Shown here piece after piece: positions 27,953 to 37,280 of a stretch of DNA of 64,000 nucleotides (positions are counted from its first letter, which is position 1; every line of letters begins with the position of its first letter). This DNA is from a virus. Below the pieces are notes generated by a model. The model worked only from the letters and a program-made list of their open reading frames with translations. It was not told the DNA's origin and ran no database searches. Made by a program: the position numbers and the translations under genes. The stretch spans positions 1 to 64,000 of IMG/VR virus record IMGVR_UViG_3300012953_000017; one strand, given 5' to 3'.

Positions 27953-28300
27953 CTACTTTACAGCAGCTCTAATACTGTCTGATATTTTGATTCCTTTTTT
28001 TGCGGCAACTCTGAGAGGTTCGAGGCCTAGAGCTTTTCGAATGGTGTCGTAGGAGTTCTCGTCAAAAGCTTCTTTTAAAACGGCTAAATCTGCATACTGA
28101 TGCAGCTCCATTTCAGTCACAGGCAAATCTTCTCCTGCGGGGCCCGGTTCAAATTCTCCTGTCTCCCTAGACTCAAAAACATAAATTAATTTTGGCATTT
28201 CCTCATTTTTAGGTACAGGAATAAAAGGAATGTGTGAACTAAGCCCTTCTTCAGCCTCTTCGTACATGATTTCAGGTACCCAATTTTTCCCTGGTGACAT
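27953..28300 (-). CDS. hypothetical protein
   Basis: AGGAGG RBS. Confidence 0.7.
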   Translation of the reverse strand: MSPGKNWVPEIMYEEAEEGLSSHIPFIPVPKNEEMPKLIYVFESRETGEFEPGPAGEDLPVTEMELHQYADLAVLKEAFDENSYDTIRKALGLEPLRVAAKKGIKISDSIRAAVK

Positions 28301-28358
28301 TTTGCAACCTCCTACAGCATAGACAGCATTATAATATTAATATTTTATTAGTAAATCC

Positions 28359-29693
28359 TTACAAAGAAAGTGTATAGCTTTCAACTTCAGACTTTGCTTC
28401 CTCAAGCATTTTAGTATAATCTTTCCCGGCATCAGAATTTTTGATTATTGATAGCTCTTCTTTTGTGGGTGAATCTTTCGTTAATGCTTCTAGCGTAGAC
28501 TTTTTTAATTTATCAATTCCATCGACCAACTGTTTTTGTAAGTTTTGTTTGGCATTGTTAAAAGCAACTTTTCGAGCAGCCTCCATAGCTTCTTGCTCAG
28601 AAACTTCTGGGGTTTCTCCCTCTTTTGCCTTTGAGCCGTTTTCTTCAGCTGTTGTCTTCAAAAACTCTTCAGAAGAAGCTAATTCTTTAGCTGCTTTTTC
28701 GACTTCAGCTTCAACTTTATCAGCGCCTGAAGCCTGAACATCTACACCGACTTCCTCGAATTTTTTTAGTGACTCGTTAAACTTTTCTATGGAATCTGCT
28801 TGACCAAGCAGTGTAATTGCTTCTAATTGTAAAGTTGCAACCTCCATGACTTGATCTATGTAATCTTTTTTTGCGTCAATCATTTCTTTAGTAGACTTTT
28901 CAAACTCTTCGTCTAAACCTGTATCTTCAAAAAATTTTGCCAAATCTTCCTCAAAATTTCCAGTACCTTTCTTTTTTGGCTGCTCTTCTTCTTCAGCCTC
29001 GATTAAAATCGCCTCAGAAAGAAGAGGGCCTGAAGGCGCGTGGTGTGCGATAAAGAACATGTCAGCCAAGCCCTTTAACACACCTTTAGCAGTCCCTAGT
29101 AAGCCTGAGCTCTCACCTCCCCCGGTGGTGCCGCCTCCACCTGAAGCATCTGTTTGTCTCGGAGGTTTAAAGTTTGGTAGCATACCCATCAATGGGATTG
29201 TCATTCCTGCTTCATCTAAATACTGATATATGTCACCCGTTTTGTCATAAGCGGCTCTACCTAACTTAGCACCTAAATACATCTGGGGTGCTAGAACAAA
29301 TGCTACAAGTCCTGCATCGCCTGCAGTCAACGCTGCATCAGTTGCATCCATTAGAGGCTTCCATTTAGCAGCTATTGCTTCATGGCGCTTATCGTACTCT
29401 GATAAAACTTTATCCATCTTGTCAGGGTCAAGTGTTACTAGCATTTCAACATTGAGCCTGATTGCATTTAAGATGTCTTGTCCTGCAAGGGCAGTCGCTT
29501 TTAGAACATCTGTAAAAGGTGCCACAAATGTATTGTATAGCGCTTCGTCTTCTTTAAGGAGACGGCCTTCTTCAACCAAGATCGAAAGCTCTTCTCTGGA
29601 CCTAGTCTCTCTTAAAATATTACGAACCCAAATTCTAATTTTTTCTTCTTGAAGTTTTACTGATGTGTTGTCGACATTCATAGTTTGATACAC
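28359..29693 (-). CDS. acidic helical hypothetical protein (IRIWVRNILRE tag)
   Basis: 444-aa ORF with the recurrent motif. Confidence 0.7.
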   Translation of the reverse strand: MYQTMNVDNTSVKLQEEKIRIWVRNILRETRSREELSILVEEGRLLKEDEALYNTFVAPFTDVLKATALAGQDILNAIRLNVEMLVTLDPDKMDKVLSEYDKRHEAIAAKWKPLMDATDAALTAGDAGLVAFVLAPQMYLGAKLGRAAYDKTGDIYQYLDEAGMTIPLMGMLPNFKPPRQTDASGGGGTTGGGESSGLLGTAKGVLKGLADMFFIAHHAPSGPLLSEAILIEAEEEEQPKKKGTGNFEEDLAKFFEDTGLDEEFEKSTKEMIDAKKDYIDQVMEVATLQLEAITLLGQADSIEKFNESLKKFEEVGVDVQASGADKVEAEVEKAAKELASSEEFLKTTAEENGSKAKEGETPEVSEQEAMEAARKVAFNNAKQNLQKQLVDGIDKLKKSTLEALTKDSPTKEELSIIKNSDAGKDYTKMLEEAKSEVESYTLSL

Positions 29694-29734
29694 CTACTTA
29701 AGCATGTCTATAATTATACCAATAGGAGTGTAGA

Positions 29735-30361
29735 ATGAAAATTGGTCTTATACCGATGGCAGCAAAACCTTACCATGCTGGACATCATGCACTTGTAGAA
29801 GCTGCAGCGGCTGAGAATGATCAAGTTCTTCTTTATGTCTCTCTTTCAGACAGAAAAAGAAAAGGCGAAATACCAATTTACGGTGCGGACATGCAGTCCA
29901 TATGGAAAGAAGAAATTGAAAAAGTTCTTCCAGGAAATGTCACTCCGGTTTATGGAGGTGTTCCAGTAAGAAGTGTGTACGAAGTGCTTCAAGACGCAGA
30001 GGCAAAACTTGAGCAAACAGATGAGTTTGAACATGTTTATACTGTCTATTCTGATCCTGTGGATACTTCACGAAACTTTGGTGAAGCACAAAGACAAAAA
30101 TATTTTCCTAACGCTTACAAACGAGGGCATGTTTTATTTGCTGCTGAAGAAAATCCTGATGCATTTACTAGAGGCACAGGAACTCCAAATGTCTCCGGAA
30201 CTGCACTAAGGCAGTCTCTTGAAGCATGTGACCTAGCGACTTTTAGTGCTGGCATGCCTGCAGGTGTTGATTCAGAAAAAATATTTAATACACTCTGTCC
30301 TGCAATGAAAACAAATGAGAATGTACTTAGGCAGTACATCAGCGCTATCATCTCAGGATAG
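29735..30361 (+). CDS. HxGH nucleotidyltransferase (cytidyltransferase-like) with C-terminal LRQYISAII tag
   Basis: KPYHAGH and VSGTALR motifs; AGGAG RBS. Confidence 0.8.
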   Translation: MKIGLIPMAAKPYHAGHHALVEAAAAENDQVLLYVSLSDRKRKGEIPIYGADMQSIWKEEIEKVLPGNVTPVYGGVPVRSVYEVLQDAEAKLEQTDEFEHVYTVYSDPVDTSRNFGEAQRQKYFPNAYKRGHVLFAAEENPDAFTRGTGTPNVSGTALRQSLEACDLATFSAGMPAGVDSEKIFNTLCPAMKTNENVLRQYISAIISG

Positions 30362-30374
30362 ACACAGGATGTTC

Positions 30375-30445
30375 TAGAATGCTCTCTGTGGGATTGTTTT
30401 AGTTTATATGTGTGTTTAATCAAAAGAACACACAGAAGGCATCTA
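30375..30445 (+). repeat. inverted repeat with 40-nt spacer, copy 2
   Basis: TAGAATGCTCTCTGTG-N40-CACAGAAGGCATCTA; arms homologous to copy 1. Confidence 0.7.
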
Positions 30446-30466
30446 TGATACCCTCGGATCTTGCTT

Positions 30467-30931
30467 TCAGCCTTGCTGCTGCATTGCTTGAAGCATTTTT
30501 AACATAATCATCATCTCAATTAACTTCTTGAGATCTATCTCAGGCGACTGTTGAGACTCGCCAATACTGCTCATTTCTCGACACTGCATATGATCCTGAG
30601 TGCTCATGTTAATGTTGTTAGTGACATTGACATTTTGCTCCATATGGATATTGTGACCCATCCCATACTTTTCAGCGTTTTCTGTGTCGCCGCCATTAGA
30701 ATCTATTTTTCCAGGTGTTTCTGTACCTATGGATGATGATCCGTCCGCTGGGGTTGCTGCAACTGATGCAGCGCCGCCGCTAGATGTTACACCACCTGCG
30801 CCGCCGCCTCCGCCGCCTCCTGCTCCGCCGGCTGCGCCGACTCCTCCTACTCCACTCATTTTCTTCCTCTTTTTACGTGCAGGCCTCCAGATGCCTAAAC
30901 CTCCGAAGGGCAATATGTTGATTAAAAGCAC
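30467..30931 (-). CDS. Gly-rich low-complexity hypothetical protein
   Basis: AGGAG before the GTG start; poly-Gly tract; C-terminal helix. Confidence 0.6.
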   Translation of the reverse strand: MLLINILPFGGLGIWRPARKKRKKMSGVGGVGAAGGAGGGGGGGAGGVTSSGGAASVAATPADGSSSIGTETPGKIDSNGGDTENAEKYGMGHNIHMEQNVNVTNNINMSTQDHMQCREMSSIGESQQSPEIDLKKLIEMMIMLKMLQAMQQQG

Positions 30932-30960
30932 GTCATTCTCCTATTATGGAATATTTGAGC

Positions 30961-31404
30961 CTAAGAAGTAAAATGAGACCACATTGTGTCAAACTCTTTT
31001 TGAAACTCTAGTACAACGTATCTGAGTCTTATTATCACAAAATTCTCTCTGTTCCTGGTATCTGCGTTCTTGGTCCAGTTTAAGGAACCAGTACCTACAG
31101 ATTTCTTATCTCCGATTATAAACTTGTTGTGCATACAGCCCGATTGTCTGGCACGTATTAAGGGTATACCGTGCTCTAGTAAATGTTCATCGTCAGCGTA
31201 CTTATTTGAAGCCTGCAAGTCATCTGTTATAATTCTAACATGAACACCCCTAGCTTTTGCTCGAACTAGTGCTTCTGCAATATCATCATGAGTAATTGCA
31301 TAGACTGCTGCATCAATGGAGTCGACACATCTATCTATGAAACCCACTACTGTGTCAGCAGCACCTCTTTTTGGGCTGAAATAACTAGAAACGTACTTAG
31401 ACAT
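30961..31404 (-). CDS. phospholipase D-family (Nuc-like) protein with a single HKD motif
   Basis: YFSP, IAEAL..A..RGV.VRI, MHNKFIIGD.....GSLNWT..A...N.EN. Confidence 0.9.
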   Translation of the reverse strand: MSKYVSSYFSPKRGAADTVVGFIDRCVDSIDAAVYAITHDDIAEALVRAKARGVHVRIITDDLQASNKYADDEHLLEHGIPLIRARQSGCMHNKFIIGDKKSVGTGSLNWTKNADTRNRENFVIIRLRYVVLEFQKEFDTMWSHFTS

Positions 31405-31406
31405 TT

Positions 31407-31589
31407 TTATTCTTCGGGGTTGTTAGGCTCTTTGTCCGGATCTATTCCACGGTCTTTTAAAACCTGTTTCAGTGCTCTTTCAAAACCCCTGGAGGCTGCA
31501 TATGCCCCTATGAGGATTGAAACCGTACAGCACGAAAGTAATATACCTGCTCCGAGCCAAGCATCAGCGCTCATGATATTTTCTCTCAA
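31407..31589 (-). CDS. small membrane protein
   Basis: Single TM segment; ATATTTA upstream (31603-31609). Confidence 0.55.
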   Translation of the reverse strand: MRENIMSADAWLGAGILLSCCTVSILIGAYAASRGFERALKQVLKDRGIDPDKEPNNPEE

Positions 31590-31627
31590 TTGTCATGTTC
31601 TATAAATATGGAGGGGAAGGAAGGATA

Positions 31628-32023
31628 TTAGAAGTAACCGTGATAACACGTCTCCTCGGTAAAATCCCAGTCACAAATATCATCCCACCAGCACCACTCT
31701 TCTTCACATGAGTATCCGTACGAATCGTAAGTAGACCAGGTGCAACAATACCCTATTCCCAAGCCGTACTCTGTGCACCACTCAGGCGAATGATAATATG
31801 GATCATAATGTGGGTCGTAGCATGCGTATGTTTCATATACGACAGGAGTATGCGTCACTACAGTCTCTGTGTAGTACACTTTCTTTGGTGGGTATGGTTC
31901 ATAATAAGTACGAACTTCACATCCCGTTAGCAGAAAGATAAAAATCATTGCCGCCACAAGCACAGTTATGACTGCAACAGCTGTTTCAACTAAAACACCA
32001 AAGCGTTTTCGACTCACAAACAC
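31628..32023 (-). CDS. Cys/Tyr/Trp-rich putative lipoprotein
   Basis: Hydrophobic signal ending in the LTGC lipobox; GAGGAG RBS. Confidence 0.6.
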   Translation of the reverse strand: MFVSRKRFGVLVETAVAVITVLVAAMIFIFLLTGCEVRTYYEPYPPKKVYYTETVVTHTPVVYETYACYDPHYDPYYHSPEWCTEYGLGIGYCCTWSTYDSYGYSCEEEWCWWDDICDWDFTEETCYHGYF

Positions 32024-32109
32024 CTCCTCGTAAAGAGTTCACAAATTAATCCTATATTAAATAGTATACAGAGAAGTGTGAATGTGTAACGAAGCTTTGG
32101 TTACAGAGG

Positions 32110-33981
32110 CTAGGGTTTTATTCTAGCTAGAGGCACGTCGTATCGAGAGAAGCGTCGGGCTTGTTGGAACTGTTCTTCAGCATAGACCTTCATCAGCTCT
32201 TTCCATATTTTGCCCACTACCTTGTAGAAGTCATTATTCTGGTAAGCGTTCTTGACTTGCTTGTCGAGCATCGTCTGGACTTTCTTTTCTAACTCTTTCT
32301 TCCACGCGGTATCGATTTCTTTGCGGGTTAACACACCAATTCTATCTTCATCTGTCTTGGTGAATGCTTCTGTCAACATCTCTCTAACATATTCTCTAAT
32401 TAGCTTATGTTCTGAATTCTCTTTAGACACAATGCCCTCTCCAAGCGCAATAATTTCAGCCAAACCTGGCTTGCCATCGGCGCCACCAAACATAGGTCCT
32501 CTGTGAATTTGAGGCCCTCTGTCAGTTCTAATCTCTAAGTTCATATACACATTATCTGGACTATTCTTGTCAACAATTTTATAGAGCTGACCAGTGGCTA
32601 CTTTTCCTGACTTGCCCGGAGTTGTATTCAAAACGGCTTCAAGCTCTACATTATCAGGAATTGCCATCCTCTCGATCTCTAGCTTAAAATTATTTTCTCC
32701 AGCATGATCAAATTTGAAATAATATGTATCCACACCTCGACGGCGACCACTAAATAAAAAGGGTTCTATGGCATCTGTAACTGCTGTAGAAAAATTATTA
32801 CTTTCGAGTGAAGAAATAAACTTTTCTCTCAAGCCTCCTGGCTCCTGGTCATTGAGTATCTGTTGCTTTGCCTTTTTCAAATTTCCCTTAATAGGATAAT
32901 CCATAGGGTTTGGTGACATTTCTTGAGCAAGTCTATGTACATCTGAAAATGCTTTATTTGCTATAGCAGCAGGAGTTCCTACTTCAACTGCCTTATCAAG
33001 CTTCTGATGTACATCATCAGGAGATACTTTTTTAGATCCTGACTTATCACCCGATTCTTTTGCAACAGGCTTTATAGACTTACGATCAGCGTTGATACCA
33101 CCCAGCCTATCTGATCCTAGCTTAACATGGATGTCAGCACTAGCCAGATTGATATCCACGGGTGCTGTATCTTCTGTTGCAACACTTGGAAGCAGGTAAT
33201 CAGGTATTTCTTCTCCGTCAGGCTCCAACACCCATTTGATTTCTGATTGTCTTACAGCATTGATTGCTGCTCTTACCATATTTCCATATGACTGTTTGAA
33301 ATCTTCAACAGCTTTAAAGTCATCTTCGCTTGCCCCACCGGCTTTGACCTTGTCATTTATTACTCGTAGTTTTTCATTGGCGCCTAAAACATCTGGCCAA
33401 ATATCTTCAGGGCTACTATTACCGGTGGCGATCAGAATTGCATGTTTGACTGCATATTCTGCTGCATATCCCAACTCTTTGTCGCTTGATAAAGACACAG
33501 CTGCATCTTCTCCAGCGGATGTATGTACCTGCTCAAAGGGTACATAACCGACATTAGATGTGCCCGGAGGAGAACCGTCTGGAAGATTTTGAATTTCAAC
33601 TTTCAAAACTTTCTTTCCATAGCCTGTGCCAAGAGCATCAAACGATCCGTTGTCAGACACCACTGTTTTGTAATCTTGTGCAAGTACTTTTATACTTGTT
33701 TGAGCAGGTAGCGGAATACTTCCTATCTTCTGATCTTTGCTAAAATTTTTAGGATAGAATTTGGTGTCACTTGCCACAAAAAACGTGCCCCATTGCTGTT
33801 GATCTGGTCCAGCGCGCAATGCATTTTCGGTGCCTTTCTTTCGTGATTGCCTTCTCTTACCAGAAGGATCAGACTGTGACCATCCAGGAAAGTGCTTGTT
33901 AGAGAGCTTTATCTCATTGACAGGTCCTTCTTCAAGCAACCTTCGAATGGTATTTCTTAGCAGTCTCTCGTTCATTATCAT
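32110..33981 (-). CDS. large hypothetical protein with N- and C-terminal LRxxIR tags
   Basis: LLRNTIRRLLEE and LIREYVREMLTE. Confidence 0.75.
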   Translation of the reverse strand: MIMNERLLRNTIRRLLEEGPVNEIKLSNKHFPGWSQSDPSGKRRQSRKKGTENALRAGPDQQQWGTFFVASDTKFYPKNFSKDQKIGSIPLPAQTSIKVLAQDYKTVVSDNGSFDALGTGYGKKVLKVEIQNLPDGSPPGTSNVGYVPFEQVHTSAGEDAAVSLSSDKELGYAAEYAVKHAILIATGNSSPEDIWPDVLGANEKLRVINDKVKAGGASEDDFKAVEDFKQSYGNMVRAAINAVRQSEIKWVLEPDGEEIPDYLLPSVATEDTAPVDINLASADIHVKLGSDRLGGINADRKSIKPVAKESGDKSGSKKVSPDDVHQKLDKAVEVGTPAAIANKAFSDVHRLAQEMSPNPMDYPIKGNLKKAKQQILNDQEPGGLREKFISSLESNNFSTAVTDAIEPFLFSGRRRGVDTYYFKFDHAGENNFKLEIERMAIPDNVELEAVLNTTPGKSGKVATGQLYKIVDKNSPDNVYMNLEIRTDRGPQIHRGPMFGGADGKPGLAEIIALGEGIVSKENSEHKLIREYVREMLTEAFTKTDEDRIGVLTRKEIDTAWKKELEKKVQTMLDKQVKNAYQNNDFYKVVGKIWKELMKVYAEEQFQQARRFSRYDVPLARIKP

Positions 33982-35237
33982 CCCATCATGATCGGCATTA
34001 CGTATCTTACATATCTTCTTAGAAGAGCTTCTGACTGTGGAGAGGGCATTCTTCGTGCCCTGCCAACAATCTGGTTGAGCATGGCAAACGCACCTGTTAA
34101 TTTATACAGCGACTTGCTTCCAGGTGGGTATTCAAACACAATCCCTTCTAGCGAAGAGGACACATTTGCAACATCACCTAGCTTTTCCATCTGTGCAGCA
34201 ACAGTCGGCATCAATTCTTCACCACCTTGAGCCGATTCGATCTGCGAAAGGGCACCCTGGAGCATTTTTTGCATTCTGGCAGTTTCTTTGTCGTGATCTT
34301 CGACAAATGCTGACGCAAGTCCGTCTAGAACCTCAATAGCAAAGTCACTAATCACTCTTTCGAGCGGTTTTGTTGCTTTTTGGATGGTTTTCTTACTATT
34401 TACCTTTGTGGCCAGTGCAGAGACCTTTTTTTGCGTCTCTTTGTCCAAGCCTGCCTTCAAATCCCGAAGAGAAGGCGCATCTTCCTTGCCGAGGATCAAT
34501 TTTATGACTTGCTCCTGCTTTATAACAGGAATTGGAAGGTCAGAGACAATTTCAGTGCGCAATTTCTCTTCTACATAGTCTGCGATTGTGGAACTGTCAG
34601 ACATTCCAGTAATTGCGTCAATTTTTGATGCATATCCATCGCCTATCTTGCCAGAAGATAGATTCTTGAGCTTGATAATCTGTGGGCCTACCATTTTCCA
34701 GCCTTCCTGATCAACTTGTTGCTCTGCGGCCTCGACAGCTGACACTAATTGACCAAATTGGCCTCCTTTTAGCTGTGCGTCGACCTCTTTTCCTTCTTCG
34801 TCGTAAGATCTGAGGTTGTGCATGGCAATATAGCTACCATTGTAGTTAATCATGTTAGGATTTGCAGGATACATGATCTCTGCCATGACAAAATTTCTTC
34901 CATCAGGCCCAAAGACTTGTGTCAGAGTCTCTGCATCTAAAGAATCAAGCCCTCTTTGGATGGCCTTGAATCCACCTACAAACGCATCCTCTGCAGGATG
35001 ACCTGACCACCTTTCTAGCCACTTATCACCTGGCATGCCGCCGGAGCGCAGTTCGCCTTCGCTGTAAGACGCTCGAATTCCGCCGGACTTCGCGTCCCAA
35101 GTAAAAAAGATACTCTGACCATCAAACTTTTCAACTGCTTCCATCTCTCCAGCTTCTACAGCTGTTACGATTGATTTAAGCTCGCCGATTGTAAGGGATA
35201 GGTCTTCGTGAAGATGTCTAAGATGAATCATTCCCAT
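33978..35237 (-). CDS. ligase-like nucleotidyltransferase-fold protein
   Basis: EKFDG (motif I), MAEIM (motif III-like), EGIVF (IV), YKLTG (V); C-terminal LLRRYVR tag. Confidence 0.55.
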   Translation of the reverse strand: MGMIHLRHLHEDLSLTIGELKSIVTAVEAGEMEAVEKFDGQSIFFTWDAKSGGIRASYSEGELRSGGMPGDKWLERWSGHPAEDAFVGGFKAIQRGLDSLDAETLTQVFGPDGRNFVMAEIMYPANPNMINYNGSYIAMHNLRSYDEEGKEVDAQLKGGQFGQLVSAVEAAEQQVDQEGWKMVGPQIIKLKNLSSGKIGDGYASKIDAITGMSDSSTIADYVEEKLRTEIVSDLPIPVIKQEQVIKLILGKEDAPSLRDLKAGLDKETQKKVSALATKVNSKKTIQKATKPLERVISDFAIEVLDGLASAFVEDHDKETARMQKMLQGALSQIESAQGGEELMPTVAAQMEKLGDVANVSSSLEGIVFEYPPGSKSLYKLTGAFAMLNQIVGRARRMPSPQSEALLRRYVRYVMPIMMG

Positions 35238-35285
35238 ATGTGTTCGCTCCTTTAGCTAGGGTTTTCACGCCATGGGTGTATTATA

Positions 35286-35567
35286 TCACAGTTCTTCAAG
35301 ACTTACATTAATTACATCGTTTTGTTTTTTGGCAGAACGAAGGTTTCGTCGAAGAACGTTTAGAATTCCGTTATAGTGCTGCCTAGAATCAGTTCTTCCT
35401 GGGCAAGCGTCTCTAAAGTGAATAGCATCCTCAATTCTCATCTGCATATCAGCAACACACTCGTTAGATCCGAACGGCACCATTGCGCCGTCCATGCATC
35501 GATGACTCTCAGGATGTCCTAGACTCTCTTGGATAATCTTTCTAAGTTTTTCTCTGGAGATACTCAT
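35286..35567 (-). CDS. hypothetical protein with KLRKIIQESL tag
   Basis: Recurrent motif; Cys/His residues. Confidence 0.65.
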   Translation of the reverse strand: MSISREKLRKIIQESLGHPESHRCMDGAMVPFGSNECVADMQMRIEDAIHFRDACPGRTDSRQHYNGILNVLRRNLRSAKKQNDVINVSLEEL

Positions 35568-36223
35568 CTCATTAACTCCTTAACTCTTTTTAGGAGCTGC
35601 CTCTTGCTTATTGATTCTCCTACAATAATAGGAGCTTCCTCGGAACCTTTTTCGTCAGCTTTTTTCTGTTCATCTGACAGATCTTTTGCCGGTTCTTGTC
35701 GTTCTTCTTGATCTCTGGACTTCTTTTTTGCACTTATCTTAATGCCTACTGAAGAAGGGTCTGTCGCATCAGCACCAACTGCTCCGGCTGTCATTATTTG
35801 AGTGAGTCCTGTAAGATATGCAAAAAGAGACTGCTGCTCGCCTGGCTGCATTGTGTCCCAGTAGGCTGCAAGCTGGTCTCTTACTTCTTCGTCTTTAGTC
35901 GATTTTCCAGACCGAAGCATGTTAAGCTTGTCTACAATGTCATCCACAGTTGCTTCAACGACTTCTTCTTCTGTAGGGATTGCGGGTGTAGGTGTTTCGG
36001 GATCTTTTTTATCTGTCTCAGGTGCTTCAGCTGCAGCTTCTTCGCCTTCTTCTACTTCGTCCTTACTAGACTTTTTAGAACCGGATTTTAGCGCTGACAA
36101 TTCATCCTCTAATTTTTTCTGGCGCATCTTTTCTTCGTCTTCTGTGCCTAAGGCTTCTAGAAGACTGAGTCTTGTTGCAGTCTCGACAATCCTGTCTAAT
36201 TCTTTAAAAAAATCTTGAGACAT
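35564..36223 (-). CDS. acidic hypothetical protein
   Basis: ORF in series; C-terminal RQLLKRVKE. Confidence 0.7.
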   Translation of the reverse strand: MSQDFFKELDRIVETATRLSLLEALGTEDEEKMRQKKLEDELSALKSGSKKSSKDEVEEGEEAAAEAPETDKKDPETPTPAIPTEEEVVEATVDDIVDKLNMLRSGKSTKDEEVRDQLAAYWDTMQPGEQQSLFAYLTGLTQIMTAGAVGADATDPSSVGIKISAKKKSRDQEERQEPAKDLSDEQKKADEKGSEEAPIIVGESISKRQLLKRVKELMR

Positions 36224-36415
36224 TTATTTTCTCCAGCGTGTACTGTTTCGCCAGTCTTCCTGGTGTCTTCTAAAATATTCTAAATTTGGGTTTTCCTCAA
36301 TCAGCTCAGACCTTTCTCTCACTTTTTCTCTTTTTCCTGCGTCTTTCGTTTCAAAATCCTTCATAAACTTGTCGAATTGAAAGGTCTGTTCTTCTTTATT
36401 ATTGCTTTCGCTCAT
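36224..36415 (-). CDS. hypothetical protein
   Basis: AGGAG RBS. Confidence 0.6.
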   Translation of the reverse strand: MSESNNKEEQTFQFDKFMKDFETKDAGKREKVRERSELIEENPNLEYFRRHQEDWRNSTRWRK

Positions 36416-36436
36416 ATCGTGTTGACTCCTATATTA

Positions 36437-36937
36437 CTATTTATGTCTTTCTGTGTATGCTATCTTTCTTATGATTAGCGTGACAATTGCCTCAGAATTA
36501 TTTAAATCTACAGAAACAGTATCTTTTAATTTTGGAACTTCTTCAGCGCTCCAGAGCTCAGTATCTGCATGCTTAATTGTGACAGTATCAAACCTTTTTC
36601 CGTCAATAAACTGTATCGCTTCAGTCTTTTTTAGTTCAAAACAAAGAGTAGACTGACTATTCTGTAGTTCGAATGATATCAGCTTACCAACATAAGAATT
36701 GTTATCATGTGCTAAGCAGACTTGCGTCTCAAAATCATTACTAAGCTCAGAATTATTGTTGGAAAAAATATCCTCAGGTAAATACCCTCTAAGAGAGTCA
36801 CTTATGATAAAATTATCTTCTGTGGATGACATTGTGACTGTGTATCCGTAGTCCTTGTCATTTGTATCAGAACTCATAATCATTTTCCTCGCTGTAATAA
36901 GACACATCTTGTCTAATTTGATCTGCCTTTGTTGCAT
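36437..36937 (-). CDS. hypothetical protein
   Basis: ORF in series; true start probably near MSSDT. Confidence 0.5.
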   Translation of the reverse strand: MQQRQIKLDKMCLITARKMIMSSDTNDKDYGYTVTMSSTEDNFIISDSLRGYLPEDIFSNNNSELSNDFETQVCLAHDNNSYVGKLISFELQNSQSTLCFELKKTEAIQFIDGKRFDTVTIKHADTELWSAEEVPKLKDTVSVDLNNSEAIVTLIIRKIAYTERHK

Positions 36938-37268
36938 AGTCCGTGTCCAACTCTGTTATGGCATTGACATCGTGTGTATACACTTCAATCACAACCTTAG
37001 GGAAATCAATTGTCATTTTTGCATAGTGATTAAAGTCTTGCTCAAAAATTAGAAGCTCACCGACAAAATTTGATAACTCGATATGAGAATCAAATTCGTA
37101 TGCCTTCATAAGACGATCCGGGTCTGTCACACGCTCCCAAGTAAAACTCATAGGTGTAATAGGCGGCTTTTGTGCTATTCCTGTCCCGACAATAATGTCT
37201 AAAGGAGATCTTTCTTGACTTTTGTTAAAATAGTCGCTCATAACTTCAGTTAGCATTTGCCTTTTCAC
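36867..37268 (-). CDS. pterin-4-alpha-carbinolamine dehydratase-like protein (degenerate)
   Basis: W......L.K.YEF......FV......E...NH...V.IE.YTHDV.AITELD...A...D. Confidence 0.75.
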   Translation of the reverse strand: MKRQMLTEVMSDYFNKSQERSPLDIIVGTGIAQKPPITPMSFTWERVTDPDRLMKAYEFDSHIELSNFVGELLIFEQDFNHYAKMTIDFPKVVIEVYTHDVNAITELDTDYATKADQIRQDVSYYSEENDYEF

Positions 37269-37280
37269 GATCCTAGACCT

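Noticed and set aside
30780-30860. GC-rich GCC/CCG repeat tract
   Set aside because: It simply encodes the poly-Gly/Ala segment of 30467..30931.
35238-35273. ATG-GCG-TGA upstream of the 33978..35237 gene as a second Sec readthrough
   Set aside because: A TAG follows three codons later in the same frame, and the gene has its own AAGGAG RBS.
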